Below, piece by piece: positions 11,001 to 19,200 of a stretch of DNA of 64,000 nucleotides. The translations under genes were made by a program, and so were the position numbers. Location: the IMG/VR virus record IMGVR_UViG_3300043571_000313, positions 9,810 to 73,809 of that record; one strand, given 5' to 3'. Below the pieces are notes generated by a model that saw nothing but the letters and a program-made list of their open reading frames with translations, made no database searches and had not been told where the DNA came from. Positions within the stretch are counted from its first letter, which is position 1, and each line of letters opens with the position of its first letter. This DNA is from a virus.

Positions 11001-14000
11001 TGGCTGCAGCCGCTCGGCCAGAAGTTCGCCGGCACGGGTGAGCTGGCCGGCACCAAGATCAAGCAGATGCTCATTGCGTGGCAGTCGGTGATGTTTCAGC
11101 ACTCCGACCAGGTGGATGCCGCCGCGCGCCGCTGGACGAAGGCGCTGAAAGATGCGTCGAAGGACGCAGGTTACACGAACGAGAAGCGATTCTTCGACGA
11201 GGTGGTGAACCCCGCCATCTACGCCATCGAGAGTGACCCGGGGCGCGACGAGGCCGGCGCTCTCCGCACCGCGCGCAAGGTGGCGGCCCGCATCATTCCG
11301 CCCGCCTACACCGTCGGGCCGAACTTCAACCTGAAGCTGGAGCGGCTGCTGCGCGCGCACAAGGAGGTGAGCGAACTCATCGTTCAGATCGCCGAGAAAA
11401 ATGGCGTGTATGTGAACGACAGTCGCATGCGCGATCCGCTCACGGGCAAGGCCGGCATGCTGCGGCACGCCATCAAGTACGGCTGGTTCACTTCGACTCG
11501 CAGGCTGCGGGGCGAGGCGGTGCGCATCCTGACCAAAGACATGCACCAGGCCGGGTGGCGCGACGACACCTTCACGGATCTGCCCGAGACTGCCGAACTT
11601 GACAAGCTGGTGGGCAAGCACTTCACGCCGACGATCATCAAAGGATTCGTGGAGCCGTTCGTCCGCAAGCCTGGGCGCGAGGTGTTCTTCGGAGCAAAGG
11701 ATGCCAACGATAAGCCGACCTATGTTTCGCAGCTCACGGCGCAGGAGTTGTGGGAAGGCGCTGGCGGCGACGTGATGAAGTTCATCGACGCGATGTATGA
11801 TCGGACCAACCCGCTCGACAATCGCGACGCGCTGCCCGAGTACCGGCGCTCAATCCTCGCCCGCTTCAATCAGCTCTACACGATGGAGTCGAAGCTGGCC
11901 GCAAAGACGGAGTCGGGCGGCGGACTCGATCACATGACGCAGAAGAGCCATCGCGTGATGGACTCCCGCACCAATGACCTGATCCCGCCTGAGCATTTTC
12001 AGTATGACATTTTCTCTCCCATCGATGCGCGGCGGGCACTGACGGAGGTGGCGTTCCACGCTGCGTTCGGCCGCGACGGCGTCGCGCTGGACAAGGCGAT
12101 GATCGATCTCGACAAGGGGCTCAACCTGTCGGCCGACCGCTACAAGATGATCCCCGAGGGCACGCGCAAAGAGAAGGAGGCCTACGCCAAGGAGCAGGGC
12201 TGGGACTTCAAGAAGCTGGAGCGTGCGGCCGACGATCGCAAAGCAGTCTCGGCCTGGAAGGCGAAACTCGTGAAGCACTTCACCGGCAGCGAAGCCGTGG
12301 TCGGCGACGCGCGCACGATGCTCGAGCTCGCACAGCTGAACGTGGCCCTGCTGCTCAATCAGCCGAAGTCGGCGCTGTGGAATCTCCTCTCCATCCTCGA
12401 GTATCCGCTGGTCTATCGCGGCCTCAACCGCAGCTCAGTCCGCGCCACTGCGACGGCCGCGCGCGTGCTGGCGCGCGAGATCACTGGCTCGTTTCTCAAG
12501 GTGGCCGGCGTGAACCTCACCCAGAAATTCGAGTACGCGAATGAGATCGCTGAGATCGTGGAGCGCAAGGAGACGGAGCGCCTGGACTTCGGCACACTCA
12601 TGGCGGACATCGGGCCGGATGGCCGATTCACTCAGGGCGGTGTAGGTAACACCGTGACGGAGGTGAGCCGTGGCATCCAGACTGCGATGCGAAAGGGGTT
12701 CAAGGGTAACAACGCGCTGTGGGCACCCTTCAACTTCATCAGCCACAAGGCCGACACCGCCATCGCGACGGCCAACGTGCAGGCGTTTGAGATGATGGTG
12801 AAGCGCGCGATCGACTACTTCGAACGCCACCCGGAAGCGCGTGACAACCCCGCGTTCCGGCTCACGTCCGACCACCTCGGGATGTCGGAAGGCTGGTTCT
12901 CTGAGGCTGGCACCTTCGACTACTTCCGCACGCGCGCGATGGAGTACGGGCTTGGATCCCTGGAGGACATCGCCCGCGAAGCGGCCATCGGACGTGACAG
13001 CGGCGGCAAGCTGCTCACCCGCGATCAGGCGCTCGGCGTGGCGATGATGGCGCTCAATGAAATCTCGCTGCATGCCGGCGTGAACTCCCGCCTGATCGAG
13101 ATGATCGACAATCCGATCCTGCGCTTCGGCGGCCTGATGCTGGGCTGGCCCCTGTCGAAGGTGAATCAGATCAACGACGCCTTTAAGGATGCCGATGGCA
13201 AGGCGACGCTGGCCTCGGCGATGCGTGCGGTCGGGATCATGGCGGCGTGGACGCTGCCGGCTGGCCTCGCCTACTCGCTAATGGTCGACGAGTATGACGA
13301 CAAGCTCCTGAACAAGAAGTCGAACCTCCGCAGCATCGACCCCATTGCGATCACGCCGGTCGTCGGCCCGCTGCTGGCGGCGGCTTCCGATTCGGGCAAC
13401 ATCCTCGGCATGCTTGAGCGGCTGGCGCGCGCCGGAACCTACGGTATCGTGGGCGACATGGTGAACTCCTTCACCAACGTCGTCGATCCGTCGAGTGGGC
13501 AGCGTGACTTCGACCTCAACAGCCGCGTGCTGGTCTTCAATCAGTTCGCGAACATCCGCGACGTCTTCCGTAACCTCATCCACCAAGACGGCGAGATGAC
13601 GTACCAGTCCACCGGGCGCCCGCTGATCTCGGCGATGGGTGGCGGCGGCCTACTGCAGGCGATGCAGCTGGTGAACGCCCGTCTTGGCCTGACCAACGCC
13701 GAGGCGGCAGTCACGAATCGGATCAACGTGAACAACTACCTGCGCGCTGCCGGCCGTGCCGTCGACATCGAGCTTCGTGGTGGCACCGCCCGCAGCCTGC
13801 CAACAGCACGCTCCGTCTGGCTGAATCAGATGCAGGTGATGGCGCTCTCCAACGATCGCGTTGGATTCGCCGAGGCGTACCGCAACGCCGTCGACGTGGC
13901 CCGCCGCCAGGGCGAGCCGGACCCCGAGGCCAAGGTGCTCGAAGACTTCAAGTCCCGCCACCCGCTTTCGTCGGTGTTCCGCACCAAGCCCTCCGAGGTG

Positions 14001-14213
14001 GAGATGGGCAAACTCATGTCGACTCTTGACGACACAGGGAAGCAGGCGGTTCAGCAGGCACTCGCCTTGTTCGAATCCTTCACTGAGTTAATCGAGCCGA
14101 ACCCAATCATCCAGCGAATCAAGCAGCAGCAGGCGGCACAAATGCGAGCGGCGCAGCCACTCACCATTGAGCAGCTGCGCCGCCGTGCGGCATCAGGTGT
14201 GATGGGTTACTGA
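5019..14213 (+). CDS. giant polyvalent virion/ejection protein with a zincin-like HExxH domain
   Basis: 3064-aa ORF; Gly/Ala-rich N-terminus, Pro-rich linkers, LIHEAGH...EEMLVD at about 9069. Confidence 0.7.
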   Translation: MSGSTNSLVQGYRAYLERSGKVDLRTDTELTVELGDLLRSKGNDAFDLKASEYPDFREQYLTATQSTDRGVIGEVAAGARRGARSLAGTAMGAVALGLDAVGANETAKSLATKAEEFASGGEDNAATVGRMKDVIDVEGGVRYAAGKIGEAVPSIAEALVTATIGATAGTAAAPGPGTAGGAAAGFIGKQAVKQMIRKGVATRILGKDVTEAALETALKDAANATLRTAFVNESRALAARMGAGAVGAINSLGLSSGEIYNETGDVATSLGAGAIAAIPDTILPTYIVGKFFRGAASADDVARAGGFMKRLATEAAKTMPIEAGTEAFQELVNIAAVKFNKGEPATLDAADLERIKEAAVGGLAGGLVGAPIAAAPAPNAAIEARRAAATGTTPPPPGTPVTPPPPPAPKTPTRGEVVAKWVAAAPDLQDARINALLRVTRTKDEDQELEVLNALVSQRPPAVAATATPPPPAPSPASTATPAPAASNWLTEQIDRDAATADRLGWTQKIGDMAAQRMTARQIRDALPYRENGIDQMDAMSIVLSARNKLKIPSQEERVEFEEWIKARQQTASAPAASMGTPPAAPAPSAVGAAGATVTPLVSAPTPPPPPPVVAPAPAPKPPTAAELTDRINSANRRFGTIISRVPTLDFAAAKTALEAISTSPTDLANAVQKFEASVETLETLAVAEAAKIAAGTAQKRQEVATSRAKNLAEKLDAQVAAAADRARKRAEKNAKILAKEAEAPAPPAPAPPGFRLATDQEMSLPLPLEGQFVQTASGVIFREGEQPVGEAVQPVRVAVYQKGERFLTQRQYEAEDVAPVAEPVVTPTVPAPADLRAEQDEAESEDDAAATEQMRAMGRFADALLAKQGKKAAEVVPPPTPADDLKTRLDAVLNPPVEVAPLSFGKIAAMDSELNTQGASDNSGTRTKSRVAYAIRDDRDTSIPEDQRPVYLKGTVDYSKAEGLLRVGPGATKGVGKAVFAMGKNRGKPAERTKTIEPGGSQQVLLEDLAKAGFVPYLRIVFDGEPAAISRHFANMAELDAAIAKTEKVPAATTAVNVAAGRSTLRSDIITTGDAAMTVAESALAPEDAANEQSPAAALAEAMTKVMDGMTTTMLDSIVRRAAKAKASIEATIEGMPAFGRELLKKVMVETDATPAMVVTYVRSSLPADTEIPAGPGTFSLDAKKATTSKTTAAPALKGFDKVPLAALEKLYEVITRSPKNLDGNFDGKELSSGWLDRLNILFERTGMASFDEFVATLDKLSKAAKSPTQFAAALKGKPMYESQEFTVPLPPVGHFEALVQRLRNNGFDVEVIQRELGMTLAGMYRGGKIFVALEDMANANLAGLRRLIHEAGHAVIDQESMQTREDLQRAVESTMSEADNGAIFKAALNAGKDWEEMLVDTTAIKLAEEGFGEKSATIAEAIWRTVKDVYYRVGMAMLRALGVDPSPESVLAWWDNNMRRHLGGDFDFRFTDLFRPHVERNAERVSRFTIADGQDIPDLLDPITGRVTQAEVVPDTVEAAEWNLKFMKDGVAGADMDYTEAMARVTAAAWNEAMPVIQRLKAELLPAGTDDQFWAIFSPSKDTPQKIVEEMEKRVPGAATAKVGGEKMTDAMNSRARAKAFRIITGLARAARKRAAGSEAAITRESDAIVAKAEQLNRADRELRDATAMDAVFNDALRDLIKELSVGIDSGPDTAFAAGKLAGAIREIERLTDKDAIPAEYQNVFKRLLDSGGVSVFDYLSAIARLKLPLGSMKVPDIMKAISENAASDSRLASLNDQRPLAVALSTLARNSTREMDLLQLRSLKDAAEYTSIRAELDEIQVANETRLEEIAKGIDAKAESLSLRDRLKQAYVEARRDFNRSRKTIQRQQELVIQRKRFADVMEERATELSRDVGSFSFWEAHDGAQYRAMTRGDDGKWTATERTLRMVGDEITEQHEQVSHDMAMNRLWLNMHKDQAGSRLYEEVKRQTWELTKLDFAKNYEAATRFRMDRWLQPLGQKFAGTGELAGTKIKQMLIAWQSVMFQHSDQVDAAARRWTKALKDASKDAGYTNEKRFFDEVVNPAIYAIESDPGRDEAGALRTARKVAARIIPPAYTVGPNFNLKLERLLRAHKEVSELIVQIAEKNGVYVNDSRMRDPLTGKAGMLRHAIKYGWFTSTRRLRGEAVRILTKDMHQAGWRDDTFTDLPETAELDKLVGKHFTPTIIKGFVEPFVRKPGREVFFGAKDANDKPTYVSQLTAQELWEGAGGDVMKFIDAMYDRTNPLDNRDALPEYRRSILARFNQLYTMESKLAAKTESGGGLDHMTQKSHRVMDSRTNDLIPPEHFQYDIFSPIDARRALTEVAFHAAFGRDGVALDKAMIDLDKGLNLSADRYKMIPEGTRKEKEAYAKEQGWDFKKLERAADDRKAVSAWKAKLVKHFTGSEAVVGDARTMLELAQLNVALLLNQPKSALWNLLSILEYPLVYRGLNRSSVRATATAARVLAREITGSFLKVAGVNLTQKFEYANEIAEIVERKETERLDFGTLMADIGPDGRFTQGGVGNTVTEVSRGIQTAMRKGFKGNNALWAPFNFISHKADTAIATANVQAFEMMVKRAIDYFERHPEARDNPAFRLTSDHLGMSEGWFSEAGTFDYFRTRAMEYGLGSLEDIAREAAIGRDSGGKLLTRDQALGVAMMALNEISLHAGVNSRLIEMIDNPILRFGGLMLGWPLSKVNQINDAFKDADGKATLASAMRAVGIMAAWTLPAGLAYSLMVDEYDDKLLNKKSNLRSIDPIAITPVVGPLLAAASDSGNILGMLERLARAGTYGIVGDMVNSFTNVVDPSSGQRDFDLNSRVLVFNQFANIRDVFRNLIHQDGEMTYQSTGRPLISAMGGGGLLQAMQLVNARLGLTNAEAAVTNRINVNNYLRAAGRAVDIELRGGTARSLPTARSVWLNQMQVMALSNDRVGFAEAYRNAVDVARRQGEPDPEAKVLEDFKSRHPLSSVFRTKPSEVEMGKLMSTLDDTGKQAVQQALALFESFTELIEPNPIIQRIKQQQAAQMRAAQPLTIEQLRRRAASGVMGY

Positions 14214-14214
14214 G

Positions 14215-15321
14215 TCAGCGGTGCACGTAGCCCTCGGTTACGGCTTCCGAAGTGCGCGAGTGGCCAAGCAGCCGGCCGATCTGCTCGATGGTCTTACCCG
14301 CCTTCTCCATGCGGGTGGCGAACGAATGGCGCAGGCAGTGGAACGACTTCCCCTCGATGCCGAGGTCGGCTAGTATGCGGGCGTAGTAAACGCTGTGCCG
14401 TGCGCGCCTCGCGGGGTCGAGGGCTATCGCGCGCTCATCAGGGAAGACGTACTTCGGGTCGAGGCATTCAGCCATCATGTCGAAGAAGATTCCGCGCAGC
14501 TCGCCGCCGCCGAGAAGCGGGTCGTCGATCGGCAGCGCCACCCGCGCCCCACTCTTCCGCGTCCAGACGACGATCTCATCGGGCATGATGCTGCCCCACT
14601 CCAGGCACGCGCAGTCCGACAGGCGCAGCCCCGCCCAATAGGACAGCGCCGTCCACCACTTCCACTTGCCGGTCGTGTGCGCCATGATGTGCTTGAACTC
14701 GCGCTCGCTGAACGGCACGCGCCGGACCGGCTCCTTCTGCTCATGCGAAAGATCGTTGAGCCGGACCCTAACCAGCTTTGATGGGTTGCCGGCGTAGTAC
14801 GCCTTCGCCGTGACGAAGTCGAAGAACGATCGGATGGATGCGAGGCGCACGTCCCGGTTGCTGGCCGTCGTCGTGTCCTTCTTGGAGTTTACGAATCCAT
14901 CGAGGTGCTCGAAGGTGAGGCGGGTGACCGGCCACTTCGATGCGTCGTTGGCCTTGACCAGGTGGCGCAGCACGAGCTCTTGCGTGCGCACCGTGTTGGG
15001 CGCGGCGTTCGTCTTGCGCCATACTACCCACTCGGCGATCGCCTGATCGAGCGACACCTTGCGGCCGGCCATGATGGCAGTGAGGGCTTCAGCAGTGAGC
15101 GCACGAGCACGCGCCGCCATCTCCATCTCCAGCACCTTCGACTGCACGACGACCTCGCGCGCCTTCTCGATGGTGGATTGCTTTGTCGATCGCGTGTGCG
15201 ACTTGCCCTGCGCGTCGAGGAACTTGACGTGATAGATGCCCGACTCCTGATCGCGGGTCAGGTGGGCATCGAGTTCGGCTTTGGTTGGCACGCCGTAACC
15301 CATGCCATGTGGTGACTTCAT
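14215..15321 (-). CDS. int: tyrosine recombinase/integrase (non-IntI)
   Basis: Catalytic set GLRLSD (R), TRKSG (K), FHCLRH (HxxR), LGH, EGY; N-terminal arm-binding-like region. Start placed at ATG 15321 (or 15303); the longer track ORF overlaps the upstream gene. Confidence 0.92.
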   Translation of the reverse strand: MKSPHGMGYGVPTKAELDAHLTRDQESGIYHVKFLDAQGKSHTRSTKQSTIEKAREVVVQSKVLEMEMAARARALTAEALTAIMAGRKVSLDQAIAEWVVWRKTNAAPNTVRTQELVLRHLVKANDASKWPVTRLTFEHLDGFVNSKKDTTTASNRDVRLASIRSFFDFVTAKAYYAGNPSKLVRVRLNDLSHEQKEPVRRVPFSEREFKHIMAHTTGKWKWWTALSYWAGLRLSDCACLEWGSIMPDEIVVWTRKSGARVALPIDDPLLGGGELRGIFFDMMAECLDPKYVFPDERAIALDPARRARHSVYYARILADLGIEGKSFHCLRHSFATRMEKAGKTIEQIGRLLGHSRTSEAVTEGYVHR

Positions 15322-15337
15322 TTTGAAGATTAAAATG
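15319..15337. promoter_or_regulatory. candidate operator CATTTT-N7-AAAATG over the integrase start codon
   Basis: CATTTT GAAGATT AAAATG; same geometry as sites at 25851, 45108 and 48223. Confidence 0.5.
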
Positions 15338-15351
15338 TGGGTGCTTGCCCG

Positions 15352-15404
15352 GCCGAACGAGTCGCCGGAGCGGACGCTACGCGCCGCTCGGCTTGGTGTT
15401 CGGC
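15352..15404 (+). mobile_element. attC: integron attC-like site 1 (53 bp)
   Basis: R'' GCCGAAC, 5 nt, L'' GCCGGAGC, GG(A)CGC-TAC-GCG-CC, L' GCTCGGC, 5 nt, R' GTTCGGC; two extrahelical bases at canonical positions. Confidence 0.85.
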
Positions 15405-15727
15405 CGATAGTGTTCCGTCCCGGTGGTTGCAAATCCGTATCGTTTCCCGGTCGGGTCCGGGAGCAGTTGGCAGTTGGCGATGACATCACACACCAGCGTC
15501 CGCTCCGGGTCGCGCATGTGCTTCTGCATCTGCGATAGCATGTCCACGCGCCTTCGATTCCAGTCTGCGGAGTGCGTGAGCTTGCGGCAGTGCTCCACCA
15601 GTTCGTCCTGCATGAGCTTTCCGGTCGGGTCGCCCACGGCAGCGCGAATGTCCGCCAAAAGGCCCAACAAGGCGGTCGAGCCAACAGCCGCCTCGCGTTT
15701 CCGTTTCGTTGCGTTCCGGTTCTTCAT
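15377..15727 (-). CDS. hypothetical protein, antisense cassette ORF 1
   Basis: 116 aa; starts inside attC2 (ATGA overlap) and stops at the apex of attC1. Confidence 0.7.
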   Translation of the reverse strand: MKNRNATKRKREAAVGSTALLGLLADIRAAVGDPTGKLMQDELVEHCRKLTHSADWNRRRVDMLSQMQKHMRDPERTLVCDVIANCQLLPDPTGKRYGFATTGTEHYRPNTKPSGA

Positions 15728-15787
15728 ACACTTTTTCTGTCGGCCACGCCCGCTGTCGGCGGCTGTGGCTCACCTTGGTCGTTCGGC
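15662..15787 (+). mobile_element. attC: integron attC-like site 2 (126 bp)
   Basis: R'' GCCCAAC, AAGGC, L'' GGT(C)GAGC, C(A)ACAGCCGCC ... GGCGGCTGTG, L' GCTCACC, TTGGTC, R' GTTCGGC; bottom-strand extrahelical G and T. Confidence 0.9.
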
Positions 15788-16026
15788 AATCGCATCGCGT
15801 GAGCAATTTCGTGCGCAGAATAATCGCTTGCCCGATCACTGCCACCCCCACCTTCAAGTCCGTGCTTTTTGCAAAAACGATCGTACTCGTAATCAGAAAT
15901 GACCGGACGGCACATCACGTAATATAAATACTGATGCGCTCGCATCGTTAAAAATGGCGAACAAGGCGCCACAGCCAAGCCGGACGGCCGCCCGTCCTTG
16001 GTCGCTTCGGTTTCAGGTGTCTTCAT
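15724..16026 (-). CDS. stand-alone NAD-dependent DNA ligase domain Ia-like protein, antisense cassette ORF 2
   Basis: AHQYLYYVMCRPVISDYEYDRF matches the LigA Ia motif HxYxYY...PxISDxEYD; ATG 16026 overlaps the upstream stop inside attC3. Confidence 0.75.
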   Translation of the reverse strand: MKTPETEATKDGRPSGLAVAPCSPFLTMRAHQYLYYVMCRPVISDYEYDRFCKKHGLEGGGGSDRASDYSAHEIAHAMRLPNDQGEPQPPTAGVADRKSV

Positions 16027-16062
16027 GATTTTTCTCCGGCTGGCTGATCTTTGGAGTTGCTG
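15956..16062 (+). mobile_element. attC: integron attC-like site 3 (107 bp)
   Basis: R'' GGCGAAC, AAGGC, L'' GCCACAGC, C(A)AGCCGGA ... TCCGGCTG, L' GCTGATC, TTTGGA, R' GTTGCTG (degenerate after GTT). Confidence 0.75.
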
Positions 16063-16268
16063 CCAAGCGGCGACTGATTCACCCCACTCCAAAAGGACTG
16101 GTCATTCAGCGCGTTCGCGACAGCCTTACATGCCTCCTCGCGGGTCATGCCTTTTGCGATACAAGCCTCGATGGCTGACTGTGCATCGTCATAAAGCATC
16201 TTGCCCACTTGCGCCGGGGTGAGGCCGCAGATTGTGCTCTGAGTTAGGATGGCTTTTTTCTTTTCCAT
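16023..16268 (-). CDS. hypothetical protein ending inside attC3
   Basis: 81-aa ORF starting 12 bp after the helicase stop. Confidence 0.6.
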   Translation of the reverse strand: MEKKKAILTQSTICGLTPAQVGKMLYDDAQSAIEACIAKGMTREEACKAVANALNDQSFWSGVNQSPLGSNSKDQPAGEKS

Positions 16269-16280
16269 AAGAGGGCAATG

Positions 16281-19200
16281 TTACGCCGCCACCTCGATGA
16301 CTGGCGCGAGGACCGGACGGTTGGCAATGATGAGCTGCTTGCGCAGTTCAATCCACTGCGACTCGCACTCCGACTCAGAGAGGACGTCGCCGTCCTCGGC
16401 CTTGAAGTTGACGATGTGCTCGGCAAGAACCTCGCTCGCGTCGAGGGTCTTGAAGTCCCGAGGCACCCGCTTCCCATGCAGGCACAGCGTCGCGGCATCC
16501 TGCTTCAGCGCGACCCGATCGAACAGCAGTTCCTCGATGGAGTTCTGATGCAGGACGCACCAGATCTTCACCGGCTTCGGCGAGGTCAGACGCCACACTC
16601 GACCCTGTGCCTGGTTGAGCGTGCCATAGCTCCACTCGAGCGAGCCAACGATGAGGTTCGGGCATTGGTCGAAGCTGTGCCCTTGGGCGCACTTGATGCC
16701 CATGAGCATGACCCGAGCGTCGCCCTTCTTGAAGCGGTTCGCCTCGGCCGCATGCAGGTCCGGCCGGACGGTGGAGTCGATGCGGGCAATCGGGATCTTG
16801 GCGTTCGCCAGGCGGGATGCCAGCTCCGACGACTGGCCGACGCGCGCCGACACCACCACGACCTGCTCGCCGCGCTTCAGGCAATCGCGCACCAGCTGCA
16901 GGATGGTGATGGTCTTGTGATTGAAGTTGGATTTGCACATGTCCCTCGTGTAGTCGAGGGACGCTGGCGAGGCGCAGCACCCACGCAGCCGTGACGACTG
17001 GACGCGGGCAATGGTCAGCGCGCTCTTGAACTCGGTCAGGTAGTTGCGCCGCTCCAGCCAGAACTGATACAGCTTCGACTGCTCCTTGCCCATGGCGACG
17101 CGGACGTCGATGACCTCGCACGGCTGCAGGTTCGGGTTGCAATCCTTCTTGCTGATGTAGGCGAGCGTGGGCTTGAGCAGCTTCAGCAGGCGGGCTGGCG
17201 AACTGATGACCGGCGAGTGCTTGGTCCCGGTGTTGCGCCAGCCGCGCTTGCCCCGGGCCTTCGCCTTCCACTGTGCAGTCAGATCCTCCTCGACGGAGAG
17301 GAATGTCGAGTTGAACCGGCCGATCTCGTCGACGGCGTAGGGCCAGGCCGCATTGCGCATCTTGCCCTTGTGCCAGTCTTTCACGCACAGCCATCCCATG
17401 AGGGAGAAGATATTCGAGATGACATTGGGGATCGGTGTCGCCGTGAGGGCGAAGCGATACTTGGGCTGCAGGCGGAACAGGTTCTTTGTTACCTGCGCCT
17501 CTGCGTTACAGTAGAGGTGCGCCTCATCGCAGATGACCATGTCCCACGCATCGCCGTGGGTGGAGGCGACGATCGTGGCGAGCGACGGCAGGCCGATGCA
17601 GCGAATGCCGTGCTTGTTGCCCGCGCCGACGTTGCGGCAGAACTGCTCCTCGACCGGGCGCTTCTCGTCATACTTGAGGTTGAAGCGCTCGCAGAACTTC
17701 TTCTCCGCAACCCGATCCCAGCTTTCGGGAAGATGCTCGAAGCCACCGTTGCTGAAGTAGGCCTGCGGGTAGGTGATGTAGATGCCGGGCGGGAGTTCGC
17801 CGGCGTTGGCATGGAGGATGGCGTACCAATCCTCGGCGCTGAAGAGCTGGAAGACCGGCTCGCCGGGAGCGAAGCGCTGGATCTCGGACACCCACTGCGA
17901 TGCTTGATAGTCGATCTCCTCATCCTCCTCGGTGGAGCGCATCGTACCCTGCGGTGCGATCAGCAGCGTGCGCTTCGGAGACTTGAGGGCGATGAGCGTC
18001 AGGGCGCCGAGCGACTTGCCGGTCCCCGTCTCGGCTGCGACCAGCCCGTAATCCTTGCACGCCATGCGAGCGTAGAAGTCCAGCTGGCCGGGGAAGTAGG
18101 TAAACCCAGCCATCATCTCATTGAACCGCATCGCGTTCTTGTTGCGCTCGAACTGATCGACCTCGACCTCGGCGATCGTCGGGACGAACGGCTTGTCGAA
18201 GAGAGTCCACAGCATGTCCTCGGGGTGCTGCCAGCTCATGCCTTCGGCCGGCCGATCCATGAACCGATGCACGCGGCGGTGATCGTCGGTCACCTCGATG
18301 TAGCGATCCTCGCCGGACAGCCGGCACTCGTGATCCTCGATCTCCGTGGTGTCCTCGTCCTCGTCGTAGTAGATCTTCTTGCGGGTGAACTTCTCCGTGA
18401 AGGTGTAGGTCCCGGTGCGAATCTCGTACCGCTTCCCGACCGTGAGCTTGATGATGCCGGCCTCGTGCGCGGCCTTGCACTTCAGCGCCTCCTCCTCGTC
18501 GGCGTAGGCAACGAGCTCGAAGTCCGTGACCGGCATGATGGGACACGCCATCGAGGCGACCTCAGCCAGGGCGGCGGCGATAGCCTTGCGCGCCTCGGGC
18601 TGGATCGTGTAGATGCCGTCGTTGACGAACTGATGCAGCAGCTTCCGCGTCTCCTTCTCCGTGGTCAGCGTGAGCGGGTGGCACCCATTGATGCGGTGCA
18701 GCCGGACGATCTCGTCGTCCTTGATCTTCACCTGTGCACGGGTGCTCAGGTAGGTGCGAAGCGCGCCGTCCTTGCCGAGGTAGATATTAAACTTCGGCCG
18801 GTCGAGGTGTTCTTCCTTGATGATCTTGGACAGGTTATTCCAGTCGAGGTAAAGCGAGTAGTGCTCAGTGTAGGGTGAGTACCAGTACGGCTGGCCGGAC
18901 ACCTGATGCAGGTTGCTCTTGATCGTGCGTCCGTACTCGAAGAGCTGTTGCTGATCCGGCATGTGGTCCCACACCTTCTGATTGCGCGGCCGGCCGACGA
19001 TGTTGCCGAAGTGCACGATGCCGAGCTCGACATCGCAGTTCTCCCAGATGCCACCGGCGGGGAACCGCTGGTAGAGGTACACCCACGGGTCATCCTGAAT
19101 GCCGAGCTTCTCAATCGTCTTGGCGTTGGAGATGAGGAAGCCGCAGCCGTTGTTCGCGAGCCGCTTCTTGATCATCTGCCACGTCCACTCGGTCGAGTCG

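Noticed and set aside
14215-15321. Calling the recombinase IntI or a protelomerase
   Set aside because: No IntI-specific insertion or GKGxKDR motif is visible, and the size and motifs fit an ordinary phage integrase
15322-15684. N-terminal extension of the integrase given by the ORF track (489 aa)
   Set aside because: It overlaps ORF 15377..15727 and attC1, and its translation is not protein-like; a start at 15321 or 15303 fits better
15423-15902. Plus-strand ORFs in the cassette array (PNKAVEPTAA...AVAHLGRSA)
   Set aside because: These are translations of attC arms; the minus-strand ORFs have coupling and a recognisable domain
16243-16249. GTTAGGA as R' of a fourth attC
   Set aside because: No matching upstream R''/L boxes or stem found
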